Shown here: piece by piece, positions 55,310 to 64,000 of the stretch
Layout of the letters: each line of letters begins with the position of its first letter
How positions within the stretch are numbered: the first letter of the stretch is position 1
Source of the DNA: Promethearchaeota archaeon
Lineage (GTDB): Archaea > Asgardarchaeota > Lokiarchaeia > Sigyniarchaeales > SOKP01
DNA length: 64,000 bases
Assembly (NCBI GenBank): GCA_014730165.1
Contig: WJIS01000022.1
Coordinates: forward strand, 14,396-78,395
Reading direction: 5' to 3'
Notes under the pieces: generated by a model
Seen by the model: only the letters and a program-made list of their open reading frames with translations
Databases searched by the model: none
Told to the model about the DNA's origin: nothing
Program-made: the position numbers and the translations under genes

Positions 55310-56437
55310 TTAAATTTTTTCTATCAAAGCATCTATAACTACTAAATCTGCTTGGGGGGAATAAGATTTTACAATTCTACTACCAAAAACTTTTCTTAGA
55401 GAGAGATCAAAAAATTCTAATTTTCTTTTTAACATTTCTATCGATTTTTTGATAGAATTTGGTTTTTCTGAGAATTGATAAAGATGAATCTTACTCTTTT
55501 TAGTGAGTAAAAATGCGGCTGTATCTATAAACTCTAAGGACTTTTCGGGTAAATTCATTATCAATCTGTTGACATTTCCTTTTAATTCCTTACCAATTCG
55601 ATGTTCATTAGTAGCAAATAATTTAGCATCATCATTAATAGGTAAAATATTCCCCTTTAGATTATTGATGGAGATATTATGTTTTAATAAGTCATAAGCA
55701 TCTGGATTTATATCTAGAGCATAAATGTCAACGGGATGTTCTTTTGCTATTTGAATTGAAAAGCTTCCCACACCAGCAAAAAGATCGACAATAATTTCAT
55801 TCTTCTTGTATTCTAAGGAAGAAAGCCTTTTCCTTTCATATACAAGTCTCGGAGTAAAAAATGACTTTTTAATGTCTATTTTGTAAATACATCCATTTTC
55901 TTTATGAATTGTAGATGTTTTTCTTACTCCAGCAAGATGTTCAATGGATCGAAGTCTATATGTTCCTTTAATTTCACTTTTTTTCTCAAAAACACTTTCA
56001 ACATTTTGATTAATTTTTATTATACCTTCTGCAATTGTTTCTTTTATAATATCACTATTTTGAAATTTATCATAGTGATTCAATTCCAAAATTGCAATAT
56101 TTCCAATGATGTCATAAGAATGAGGAATCATGCTAACTTCTTTATTACTCAACTTGTTTTCTAATAATTCTTCTAAATTTTTAGGCTGATAATTATGATT
56201 GATTAATCCCTTTTCATAAACTAAATCAAATGAAAATTTATTCTTTAGTAAGTCAATGATTTGTTGAGAATTGAAGTTCTCACTTACTAGTGGAAAAAGT
56301 AAAAATTTATCCCTTTTCTTGATTCTAAAGCGATTGTCAATACATGTTTGATTTTTACAATGATGTTTTAATAATTTGATAAATCTCTGTCCATCTTTTT
56401 TGTGAATTTTAATATGTGTTATTAATTTTTCATTCAT
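55310..56437 (-). CDS. trm5: Trm5/Taw2 (Met-10+) family tRNA methyltransferase (m1G37-type)
   Basis: 375 aa. SAM motif VDLFAGVGSFSIQIAK, DINPDAYDLL, and the catalytic-loop motif MNLPEKS. Confidence 0.75.
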   Translation of the reverse strand: MNEKLITHIKIHKKDGQRFIKLLKHHCKNQTCIDNRFRIKKRDKFLLFPLVSENFNSQQIIDLLKNKFSFDLVYEKGLINHNYQPKNLEELLENKLSNKEVSMIPHSYDIIGNIAILELNHYDKFQNSDIIKETIAEGIIKINQNVESVFEKKSEIKGTYRLRSIEHLAGVRKTSTIHKENGCIYKIDIKKSFFTPRLVYERKRLSSLEYKKNEIIVDLFAGVGSFSIQIAKEHPVDIYALDINPDAYDLLKHNISINNLKGNILPINDDAKLFATNEHRIGKELKGNVNRLIMNLPEKSLEFIDTAAFLLTKKSKIHLYQFSEKPNSIKKSIEMLKRKLEFFDLSLRKVFGSRIVKSYSPQADLVVIDALIEKI

Positions 56438-56439
56438 CT

Positions 56440-56868
56440 TTAAATATCAGCGATAAATTCTATTTTGAATTTATTCTTACTTTTCTGTATTTTTTCTATT
56501 AAATTGCGATTTAATTCAGAAGATGATTTTGTACAATTTATCAGAACAGTTCGATCGCATATAAAATTACTTTTTCTAAATACAATATCGCTATTATTTG
56601 ATAAGGTAAGTTCTCTTGAGCCACTTCCATAAAAATTATCAGATAAATCATCTATTTTAATAATAATTTCTAATTCTCTCCCTAATAAGAGATATCTTTT
56701 GAGGTTCTCACTTAAATTTGTACAAGACTTATTTGATTTTATTCCGAGAATACAATTTCCTTTTGGGGTCAAATAATCATCTTTAGTTACTTCAATTGTA
56801 GATTTATGGCTACATATTACGTTTTTATGACCGTAGGCGAATATGGTATCTAATATCATAAATTTCAC
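56440..56868 (-). CDS. DUF371 domain protein
   Basis: 142 aa. FAYGHKNVICSHKSTIEVTKDDYLTPKGNCILGIKSNKSC matches the DUF371 pattern as I remember it. It overlaps the tgtA stop by 4 nt and ends 2 nt before trm5. Confidence 0.65.
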   Translation of the reverse strand: MKFMILDTIFAYGHKNVICSHKSTIEVTKDDYLTPKGNCILGIKSNKSCTNLSENLKRYLLLGRELEIIIKIDDLSDNFYGSGSRELTLSNNSDIVFRKSNFICDRTVLINCTKSSSELNRNLIEKIQKSKNKFKIEFIADI

Positions 56869-58499
56869 GTCAAATTTTCTATAAGACCTTGGAAATTATT
56901 GAATATTTGTATATCATATTCATCTTCCGACAATAAGCATTTGAACGTTTTATTGATAATTTCATTAGAAAATTTTACTTCTTCATTATATTGATTTATA
57001 TAAGTCTTGGGTATTAAAACTAAAATTTTTTCTAAATTTTTTGTTCTTTTTTTCAGAAATTCCTTTATATTTTTATAAAATTTATGGAACAATAATTTTG
57101 AATTATATCTATTCCTTATAGCTTCATATTGTCCAATAGGATATAAATCTTTCAGTTCAAGTGGAATAACACCGAAATATTCGGAATAAAATAATATTTG
57201 GAGGGATTTCTGATTAATTTTATTTATTTTTTTAATTTTATTAAGCCATTGATTTATACTAGGAGAGAATTTACCCTTTACATCTAATTCGGGTAAGAAA
57301 ATTAAGCAATTTATCTCTTTATGAATCCTATATCTTTTATTAATTCTATTTGAATATCTAAAAAATACAGGTCTATATGTACTTTCTAATGATGAAAAAA
57401 GTCTTCCATGATTTTTATATACTTTTTCATACTTTTCAATAAATTTTGATTTATTAGATAAAAGAGAATAAGCTTTAGCTAATGTTGGATGTGATCTAAT
57501 TCTTTGTTCAACTAATTCCCAAAGATCTCCTAATTCAATAGCTTGTTTAATTGTATTAAGTTCGGTAAATGATATGTATAAATTGTGTTTAGCTATTAAA
57601 TTAATTTTAAAATTATCTTCAAACGTTCTTAACTCATTCGGTGTGTATTTTTGACAAATAGGACATGAACAAGGAAATTCTTTTAACTCACTAATATCTT
57701 TGGTCCCAGTAGTAATATCGAAATAACGATTTTCTTTAGCATATAAAATATAAGCTGCTGAGTCCATCAAATCACACCCGAATGCAATAGCTAAAGAAAA
57801 AAATTGTGGTAGACCCATTCCAAAAAGATGAATAGGTTTATTAGGTTTAATATTTTGTTTAACAAGAGAAAGTATTTTTATTATTAAATCAAACCTATAG
57901 TTAATTAATGGTTTTACTAATCCTCCTAACGCATATACACCAAATTTCAAACGATTCATTTCAATTGTACTTTTTTTCAATAAATCTTCGTACTTACCAC
58001 CGTGAATAGGTCCAAACCAACAGTTTTTTAGTATTTTCCTCCTTTTTATATTACTTTGAGCTCTTTTTAGATTATTTTCAATTTTTGTTTTTGCTATATT
58101 ATAAGTATCTTCAGGTTGCACTGGAATATCTAAAATTACTGGAAAATCAGATCTTATTACTTCTTGAAATCTTTCTATCTTATCAGCCGTTATATTAAAT
58201 TCTTCATTTTTGTACATGTATTGTTGGAACGCACCACTATCCGTCGCTATTAAACCATCAAATTCTAAATAGTCGTGAATTCCCTTTTTAATCGCCTTAA
58301 ATCGTGCTTTTTCATTTTGATATAAGATATATGCATTAGTAAATATTGATTTAAATCCAATCCTCTCTATTTCCTTAGCCGTTATTAAATCATCATAAGG
58401 ATGAACTACTGGAAATAGATTCGGAGTAGAAATTTCTTTTTTACCTACTTTAAGTCTCCCAATTCTCGCTAAACCATCTGTTTCTATAATTTCATACAT
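56865..58499 (-). CDS. tgtA: Archaeosine tRNA-guanine transglycosylase (ArcTGT)
   Basis: 544 aa. FEIIETDGLARIGRLKVGKKEISTPNLFPVVHP, ATDSGAFQ, LFGMGLPQFFSLAIAFGCDLMDSAAY, Zn site CSCPICQKY. Confidence 0.85.
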   Translation of the reverse strand: MYEIIETDGLARIGRLKVGKKEISTPNLFPVVHPYDDLITAKEIERIGFKSIFTNAYILYQNEKARFKAIKKGIHDYLEFDGLIATDSGAFQQYMYKNEEFNITADKIERFQEVIRSDFPVILDIPVQPEDTYNIAKTKIENNLKRAQSNIKRRKILKNCWFGPIHGGKYEDLLKKSTIEMNRLKFGVYALGGLVKPLINYRFDLIIKILSLVKQNIKPNKPIHLFGMGLPQFFSLAIAFGCDLMDSAAYILYAKENRYFDITTGTKDISELKEFPCSCPICQKYTPNELRTFEDNFKINLIAKHNLYISFTELNTIKQAIELGDLWELVEQRIRSHPTLAKAYSLLSNKSKFIEKYEKVYKNHGRLFSSLESTYRPVFFRYSNRINKRYRIHKEINCLIFLPELDVKGKFSPSINQWLNKIKKINKINQKSLQILFYSEYFGVIPLELKDLYPIGQYEAIRNRYNSKLLFHKFYKNIKEFLKKRTKNLEKILVLIPKTYINQYNEEVKFSNEIINKTFKCLLSEDEYDIQIFNNFQGLIENLT

Positions 58500-58519
58500 T
58501 TTTATTTTCAGTTAATTTA

Positions 58520-59110
58520 TTAAAAAAAATCTTTTAATCGATCTTGATTATCTAACTTTTTTATCCAATCTATTTTACCGAATTGATGTTTTTCTATAGT
58601 TTCTTTTTCATTCATTATATTAATTACTATCTTATACAGCTCTTCAATTTCTAAGTCTGTTGTATCAATTTCATATATAGGTTTTTTTAATTTCTTTTCA
58701 AATATGAAATTTGCGCTATTTCCCAATATTTCAGCTTGAATATTCTCTTTAATTTTTGATTCACTATAATTCCTGCTCTTTAAACGTTTATATAATTCAT
58801 CGGGGTGTGTTCTTAGGACTACCACTATATCTATAAAATTATTAGGAACGATATCAGCAAAATGTCCTTCAATTATTAAGAATTTAAAATTTAATTTTTC
58901 AATTTCATTTATTTTCTTTATTAGATATTGATATAATTTTTCATGGTTTATTACATATGTTTCTCTATCCTTATCATAAGACTCATAAAGATTTTTGTTT
59001 AGTATTATTTCATTTAATGAAATAAGTCTACCGTACACATTATTGATAATCTTCTTAGAAACTGTTGTTTTTCCGGTACCTGGTGTTCCGGTAATTAATA
59101 ATAATCTCAT
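58520..59110 (-). CDS. Fap7/AK6-like adenylate kinase (P-loop NTPase)
   Basis: 196 aa. The P-loop is at the extreme N-terminus: MRLLLITGTPGTGKTTVSKK. IIEGHFADIV and VVVLRTHPDELYKRL fit Fap7-type kinases. Confidence 0.6.
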   Translation of the reverse strand: MRLLLITGTPGTGKTTVSKKIINNVYGRLISLNEIILNKNLYESYDKDRETYVINHEKLYQYLIKKINEIEKLNFKFLIIEGHFADIVPNNFIDIVVVLRTHPDELYKRLKSRNYSESKIKENIQAEILGNSANFIFEKKLKKPIYEIDTTDLEIEELYKIVINIMNEKETIEKHQFGKIDWIKKLDNQDRLKDFF

Positions 59111-59202
59111 TTTTTCCTGAAAAGATCTTTAAAAAATAAAATCCTTGGTTAATTTAATGTTAGAATAAATTTAATGATGTTCAATAATATTTAGAAATTT
59201 AG

Positions 59203-59276
59203 TGCGGAGAGGGGGCTTCGATCCCCCGACCTCACGGTTATCAGCCGTGCGCTATACCAAGCTAAGCCATCCCCGC
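59203..59276 (-). tRNA. tRNA-Ile (anticodon GAU)
   Basis: A 74-nt cloverleaf folded by hand. Acceptor GCGGGGA/TCTCCGC. Anticodon stem CACGG/CCGTG with loop CTGATAA. T arm GGGGG-ATCGAAG-CCCCC, with A rather than U at the first T-loop position. Discriminator A. Confidence 0.85.
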
Positions 59277-59433
59277 TATTTCTTTAAACTTAAAGTTTTA
59301 AGTTTTTTTTTAGAATTTAGTACCAAGTATTTCTTAGTAAATTTAATAATAAATCTTTAAAAAATTTTGTGAGTAGAAGATTTTAATTTTAATCGAATAA
59401 ATTATATCCTTTTTTTTACTCTTATTATATAAC

Positions 59434-59865
59434 ATGCCTAAAGTACTCAATTATTCTATAGTTGGTTTAGAGGATTACATAATATCATTTGAATCATATT
59501 GCATTGAATGCGAGATACAACAGCATTGCAATTTTGGTAAAGATATTCCTTTTAATATTAAAATTAGTTGTAATGATTTAAATCAAGCGAAAGAAAAGAT
59601 AAAATACAAACAATTAAGAAAACTCCAGAAATCTGAGGACATTTCACTGACATATGACGATCTTATGAAAAAAGTAAAAATCAATCTACAAGGTATATTC
59701 TCACAAATTTGGAAAGAAAGGATAAAAGATCAAAAAGAAGAGATAAGGTGTTTAGACTCAAGAAAGGTAGATTCTATTTTAGTTGCTCAAAGAGGCCAAG
59801 ATTGGTGGCAAGATTTTAATATGACACTAAAATTAATCAATGAAGAGTGCCTTAAAATATCTTAA
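59434..59865 (+). CDS. Hypothetical protein (143 aa)
   Basis: An ORF between tRNA-Ile and the TnpB remnant. Host-like AT-rich composition. No HUH/Tyr transposase motifs. Confidence 0.4.
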   Translation: MPKVLNYSIVGLEDYIISFESYCIECEIQQHCNFGKDIPFNIKISCNDLNQAKEKIKYKQLRKLQKSEDISLTYDDLMKKVKINLQGIFSQIWKERIKDQKEEIRCLDSRKVDSILVAQRGQDWWQDFNMTLKLINEECLKIS

Positions 59866-59995
59866 AAATCATTTTATATTATTATCATATTTCCAAAATA
59901 TAGATAATCTTAAGTATGCATTTTTCAAGAGTGCACGTCTCTGTGGACCTCAACACTTTCGTGAATCGGTATTAGGTAACACTACTTACAAACTA

Positions 59996-60595
59996 CTACA
60001 CACAAGCGGGCTGAGTCATTTCCAAAAGTTCACCCGGACTCATCTGATACCGCTGTGGTCTAACCTTACTTCTACTTAACATTTCTTTCCTTCTTAACTC
60101 TTTTGTGGGAATCCCGTTTGAAGGGCAAAATTTAATCGGTGGGGTTGTGATAAATTCAAGAACTCCCTGTTCTGCTTGATTGGATAAGCATTGGCAAGGA
60201 TCGGAAATCAACCCTAGGCTGTAGGCGATGGCATTATGGGAAAAAAGCTCCGGGTGTTTTTTCTTACCAATATTAGCCGCACCATTGATATCTCCGTGAA
60301 TTATATATCCGCTCCTGGAACGGAATAATCCATTGTGTTTCACTTTCTTTTGGGTAAACCTGCGTAATCCCGCATACTCTCCGTCTCTCTTCTTCCCAAT
60401 TGATTCATCATCGATATATGAACACTTGCTCGTATACCAATCGGGCGTATAATCAACCGTAATCCCAAAATAAAGCGCTTCTTCTTGAATCCGCTCGAAC
60501 ATTTGGTTAAAAGGCAATGAAACAAATAAATCTCTGGTTACTTTCTTGAGTTTAACCGTGTTGCTCTGCCATCCCTTGTTATACCCGATTGTAAT
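59996..60595 (-). pseudogene. tnpB: IS200/IS605-family TnpB (RuvC-like) remnant, 5'-truncated (C-terminal ~200 codons only)
   Basis: The frame is open from 60595, beyond the track Met at 60517. It reads ITIGYNKGWQSNTVKLKKVTRDLFVSLPFNQMFERIQEEALYFGITVDYTPDWYTSKCS...IIHGDINGAANIGKK, which gives the RuvC-II Glu and RuvC-III Asp contexts. An in-frame TGA precedes it and there is no N-terminal RuvC-I region. The segment is visibly GC-richer than its flanks. Confidence 0.75.
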
Positions 60596-60893
60596 TCATA
60601 TTACGCACCACGAGCTGATGAAACTGAGATTAAATCAGAAGACGAGCTTTAATTTTATTCAAATATTTTATAATAATTAACTAATCCTAACCTTTTTTTT
60701 ATTAACCATTATAAGAAGCCTTATGATATCATTATTAATTTTGGTAATATTGATATTACTATAAATGGAATATGTCACTTTCAGATAAAAATATCTTAAG
60801 TATATGGAATTTCCAAAAATTCTTTTTGTTGTATTTTAAATTGTTTTTGTTAGAAATAAACCTTGACAAAAAAAGCTGATAAATTTGGAAATT

Positions 60894-61448
60894 ATGTATA
60901 TAGGTTTCGAAAATTGGTGTATTCTCTTTAATTTGTTCACGGTATATATTTTTAAATTAATTAAGTTTGTTTTAGTAATTATTCTTTTTGTGATAGGTAC
61001 ATTAAATTTTATAAAATGTAGAAAATTTAAAATAAAACCAAAAGCGAGTAATTCTGAAAGTTTTTACAAGAAGCATTTATTGTTAGGTTTTATTTATCTT
61101 TTTATTTCTTTTGGATTACTATTTAATTACTTCATTTTTTTTTTGATTTGGATTTTAGATCCGTTACCTGACAAAATCCTAATAACTTCTTTTAATTTTA
61201 GTAGCAATACTGAAGAAAATATTTATTTATTTTTGAATAATATTTACTTACCTTATCAAAAAACACTCTATCTATGTTTCTCAATAATTTCATTCGTATC
61301 TTTCCTAAATTTGGGAATAGCTATAGTATATCTAATTAGCAAAAACAAAGTTAAGAATATCTCTTATTCTCTTTTTAATATTATATTTATTAGTCTAATT
61401 TGTGGTTCATTATTTGGTTTTGACACTTTTTTACCACTTTTAATTTGA
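60894..61448 (+). CDS. Integral membrane protein (about 5 TM), hypothetical
   Basis: Multiple hydrophobic segments. The track begins at TTG 60885; ATG 60894 is an alternative start. Confidence 0.45.
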   Translation: MYIGFENWCILFNLFTVYIFKLIKFVLVIILFVIGTLNFIKCRKFKIKPKASNSESFYKKHLLLGFIYLFISFGLLFNYFIFFLIWILDPLPDKILITSFNFSSNTEENIYLFLNNIYLPYQKTLYLCFSIISFVSFLNLGIAIVYLISKNKVKNISYSLFNIIFISLICGSLFGFDTFLPLLI

Positions 61449-61650
61449 TTAATTTCATTAGTTATCAAAATTGATATATTTGTATTAAAAATTCGAAACA
61501 TTTATATATGGTATTTGTGTTTATATAATTTGCATCGGGATTAATTTATTTCAGTCATAGTTGTATTATTGTAGTTAATATGGGTTTCGGTATATAACTA
61601 TTTAATTTAGATGTTATTTGATTAAAAATTTTAAGAGGTATTATTAAATT

Positions 61651-62538
61651 ATGGATGTAAAATCAGATGTTCATATTTTATCAAATTCTTGTCCAGAATG
61701 CAATGGAAAAGTCATTCCAATAGAAGAAAAGGGTGAGATAGTTTGTTGCCAATGTGGATTAGTGATAAATGAAAGAATTTTAGATATTGCTCATAGTGGT
61801 AAAAGAGCTTTCACCAAACAGGAAAAAGCAAAACGAGAAAGAACAGGGTCACCTATTTCAATATTACTTCCTGATATGGGGCTTAGTACCGTTATTGATA
61901 AATCTAGCATTAAGAGTCCAGATTTGAAGCGAGCAGCGAAATGGAATTCGCGTATGACATGGGATAAGAGGAATATGTTAATTGCTACCACTGAACTTAA
62001 AAGAATTGCTAGTAACTTAAATTTACCTTCACATGTTAAGAAAGCGGCTATAAAACTTTATATTAGAGCATTTAAAAAGAAATTATTGAGAGGAAGATCT
62101 ATTAATGGAATGGTTGCTGCTTGTTTATATTTCTGTTGTAGAGAAAGAAAAATACCACGAACATTGCAAGAAATTTTAGAAGAAACATCAATAAGTGCAA
62201 AGAATGTAAGAAGATGTTATAGAACATTAATTAGGGAATTAAATTTAAAAGCTCCTTGTACCGACCCTATTTCCTTAATTCCAAGATTTATTGCTGAATT
62301 AGGATTAGATACTGAAGCAGAAAAAATAACAATTAAAATTCTGAAAGCTTATACTTCTAATTTTTCAATTAGTGGAAAAGATCCAAAGGGGTTATGTGCA
62401 GGTTCTTTATATTTAGTTTGTAAAGTGAAAAATAAAAAAACATCACAGAAAGAAATTGCCAATTTAATTGGAGTAACCGAAGTAACTCTCAGATCCAGAT
62501 ATAAAGAAATTATTAAAAAATTGAATATTAAGATATAA
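61651..62538 (+). CDS. tfb: Transcription initiation factor B (TFB/TFIIB)
   Basis: 295 aa. N-terminal Zn ribbon CPECNGKVIPIEEKGEIVCCQCGLVI, a B-linker, and two cyclin-fold repeats (RGRSINGMVAACLYFCCRE..., GKDPKGLCAGSLYLVCK...). AAGAGG lies ~10 nt upstream of the ATG. Confidence 0.9.
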   Translation: MDVKSDVHILSNSCPECNGKVIPIEEKGEIVCCQCGLVINERILDIAHSGKRAFTKQEKAKRERTGSPISILLPDMGLSTVIDKSSIKSPDLKRAAKWNSRMTWDKRNMLIATTELKRIASNLNLPSHVKKAAIKLYIRAFKKKLLRGRSINGMVAACLYFCCRERKIPRTLQEILEETSISAKNVRRCYRTLIRELNLKAPCTDPISLIPRFIAELGLDTEAEKITIKILKAYTSNFSISGKDPKGLCAGSLYLVCKVKNKKTSQKEIANLIGVTEVTLRSRYKEIIKKLNIKI

Positions 62539-62548
62539 TTAAAGTTTT

Positions 62549-63136
62549 TTATATATTACCTTCTTTTTTTAACATTATTTTTATAAAATCTGGTAAAGTA
62601 AGTAAGTAACTTTGAGCTTGAGGTAGATGATTTTTAATTTTAATAAAAATCTGAGAATAATGATGAGCTCTTTCTTTTTGTTCTAGAACTTCGTTTCTGG
62701 TTTGTTCTCTAACTCTTTCTATAGGAATTCCCCTCATAACAGATCTAGCTGGTATTACAAATCCAGGTGGTACTTGACTATTATTTAATATAACTACACC
62801 CTCGCCTATAGAGGACTCTTCATATATCAATGATGCTTCTAATATTTGAACATAATCTTCTAAAAAACAACCCAGAATTGTAACTCCCGTTTCAATAATA
62901 CAGTAGCGACCGATATGTATCGGACTCTTTTTCTTTCTTGAAAATAAAAGCACTCCATCAAAAATAGTAGTATACTCTCCAATATTTATTTGAGAATTCT
63001 CTCCACGAATAATTGACCCTGGCCATATTATTGCATTATCATTGATTTTAACATCTCCAATTAATGTTGCTTGAGGAGAAACATATGCATTTTCACTAAT
63101 TTCAGGTTTTTTTCCATTATATTCTAATAAGACCAT
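62549..63136 (-). CDS. Left-handed beta-helix (hexapeptide repeat) protein, gamma-carbonic-anhydrase/YrdA-like
   Basis: 195 aa. The start KPEISENAYVSPQATLIGDVKINDNAIIWPGSIIRGE is typical of the family. The usual His metal ligands (..lH.., ..GH..lHG) are not evident (LLFS, IIETGVTILGC). Confidence 0.7.
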   Translation of the reverse strand: MVLLEYNGKKPEISENAYVSPQATLIGDVKINDNAIIWPGSIIRGENSQINIGEYTTIFDGVLLFSRKKKSPIHIGRYCIIETGVTILGCFLEDYVQILEASLIYEESSIGEGVVILNNSQVPPGFVIPARSVMRGIPIERVREQTRNEVLEQKERAHHYSQIFIKIKNHLPQAQSYLLTLPDFIKIMLKKEGNI

Positions 63137-63261
63137 AAAAATCTACTCAAAATATTATTAAATGATTTATAGAATACATAAATTTTAATTCATTTAAATT
63201 TAAGTTATTATTAGTATTCATAATATCAATTCAAAATCCTCAAAGATTAGTAATTTTTAAA

Positions 63262-64000
63262 TCAAAGATTTTTCTCAAATATTTTAAAATACTCACTCCT
63301 TTCAAAAATCGAAAATTCCTCATTAGGAAATTCTAGACTTAAGATATTCTTTAATTTTTTCATTGTTATGAGGTCAACCCTATAATGTGGTATTTTTATT
63401 AAACAAATTCCTAAATCATCAGCTAATATGTGTTCAGAATGATTAAAATCGAATGAAATAAAGCAATCACACCCATAATTAACTTTCTTTTTTAAAAATT
63501 CAATTTTGTTTTTAGGCTCAGCAAAAAGACATATTTTCTTTATGCTTCGATCAAGATTTCCTACATATTCAATAAAATTTATATTCAGATTGTTTAAAAT
63601 ACGATTTAACAATGTTCTTAACGTAAAAGTGCTTTCATTCATTAAAAGTTTGGGTTTAGTAATCTTAAATAGAGATTCTATTTTTTCCTCAGTTTGTAAA
63701 AGATCAGTTTTTACCATCTCTAAGTAGAGAAGATCAATCAAAGTGTCAAATATCCCATCTTTACTATAAATAAATGATGAATTTAATGTATAGATAAGTG
63801 GGAGATTTTTTGTAAGTAATATTAATTTGTTTGTTAGAAGATTATCAAATTGAGAAACAGGATTTTTTAGGAAACTATGGTGTGTTATTATCATATTAAT
63901 CTTATTCATAACTGAAAAATGTAAAGATTCTAAGCTTATATCAACTGTTAGCATGATTTTATTAATCTGTCGATATGGGTAATTTTTTCCAAATTCTAAC
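63262..64000 (-). CDS. NIF3-family (GTP cyclohydrolase 1 type 2-like) protein; N-terminus runs off the window
   Basis: Motifs INMIITHHSFL (HHP-like) and a C-terminal GCDCFISFDFNHSEHILADDLGICLIKIPHY. The frame stays open upstream of the track Met (63954) to base 64000 (..LEFGKNYPYRQINKIMLTVD..), which aligns with the family N-terminal region. Confidence 0.65.
   Translation of the reverse strand, partial: LEFGKNYPYRQINKIMLTVDISLESLHFSVMNKINMIITHHSFLKNPVSQFDNLLTNKLILLTKNLPLIYTLNSSFIYSKDGIFDTLIDLLYLEMVKTDLLQTEEKIESLFKITKPKLLMNESTFTLRTLLNRILNNLNINFIEYVGNLDRSIKKICLFAEPKNKIEFLKKKVNYGCDCFISFDFNHSEHILADDLGICLIKIPHYRVDLITMKKLKNILSLEFPNEEFSIFERSEYFKIFEKNL

Noticed and set aside
59840-60525. Track ORFs 59840..60079 (+) and 60340..60525 (-) within the TnpB remnant region.
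   Set aside because: They overlap the TnpB-frame ORF in other frames or strands and carry no motifs. The TnpB frame explains the open reading.
60611-60647. CGAGCUGAUGAAACUGAGAUUAAAUCAGAAGACGAGC contains CUGAUGA plus a CUGA/UCAG hairpin, reminiscent of a hammerhead ribozyme core or C/D boxes.
   Set aside because: After the hairpin the sequence is AAGAC rather than the required GAAA core, and no stem I/III pairing is evident. For a C/D RNA, the C-box purine is a C and the CUGA lies only 2 nt away. It is probably degraded IS sequence.
4093-63727. About 35 short (61-157 aa) track ORFs nested antisense inside longer genes. Examples: 4093..4293, 5604..5849, 6817..7017, 9818..10276, 12397..12738, 13891..14151, 18544..18924, 19208..19420, 21210..21515, 24180..24503, 28459..28932, 33932..34282, 38816..39076, 63506..63727.
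   Set aside because: Each lies wholly within, and opposite to, a longer ORF that carries recognisable family motifs. Their products are low-complexity Phe/Leu/Ser/Ile strings, as expected from the complement of Lys/Glu/Asn-rich AT-biased coding sequence.
1-64000. CRISPR arrays, rRNA genes, long tandem or interspersed DNA repeats.
   Set aside because: I saw no regularly spaced direct repeats and no rRNA-like GC-rich conserved blocks on either strand. Repetitiveness is limited to Lys/Glu codon-rich coiled-coil coding regions (smc, VWA gene, top6B).

Overview
This is a strongly AT-rich archaeal chromosomal segment. Archaeal markers include Topo VI subunit B, Orc1/Cdc6, TFB, eL15, RNase P Rpp30/Pop5, archaeosine TGT, Trm5, Fap7 and LysX/Z/K. 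TTG starts are frequent, and many operons have 1-4 nt stop/start overlaps. A Roadblock/LC7 protein, an NPRL2-like longin plus winged-helix protein and many housekeeping proteins inflated by Lys/Glu-rich insertions suggest an Asgard (Lokiarchaeia-like) lineage; this is inference only. I support about 55 protein genes, 3 tRNAs (Ala-CGC, Arg-UCU, Ile-GAU), one 5'-truncated TnpB remnant and one weak C/D-box sRNA candidate. I see no rRNA and no CRISPR array. The supplied ORF track misses four things: a >950-codon top6B ORF running off the left edge (1..2867, minus), the three tRNAs, the upstream extension of the NIF3-like gene at the right edge, and the in-frame extension of the TnpB remnant. The loci most worth follow-up are:
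1. A tightly coupled MoxR-type AAA+ / 828-aa VWA(MIDAS) / SWIM-like operon (7496-13303). Its ATPase is split by a 1-nt frameshift in an A5 run, and it sits divergent to an orphan DPPY DNA methyltransferase.
2. A Roadblock gene divergent from two ATGA-coupled, ~770-800 aa all-helical proteins of unknown function (48538-53890).
3. An NPRL2-like longin plus tandem winged-helix protein (27791-29146).
4. A 1490-aa SMC with canonical heads but no recognisable glycine-rich hinge, in an operon with a SAP-tagged ScpA and with ScpB.
5. A predicted ATPase-dead Orc1/Cdc6 paralog.
6. A DUF371 gene embedded in a tRNA-modification operon.
All family assignments come from motif recognition by eye. No searches were run.
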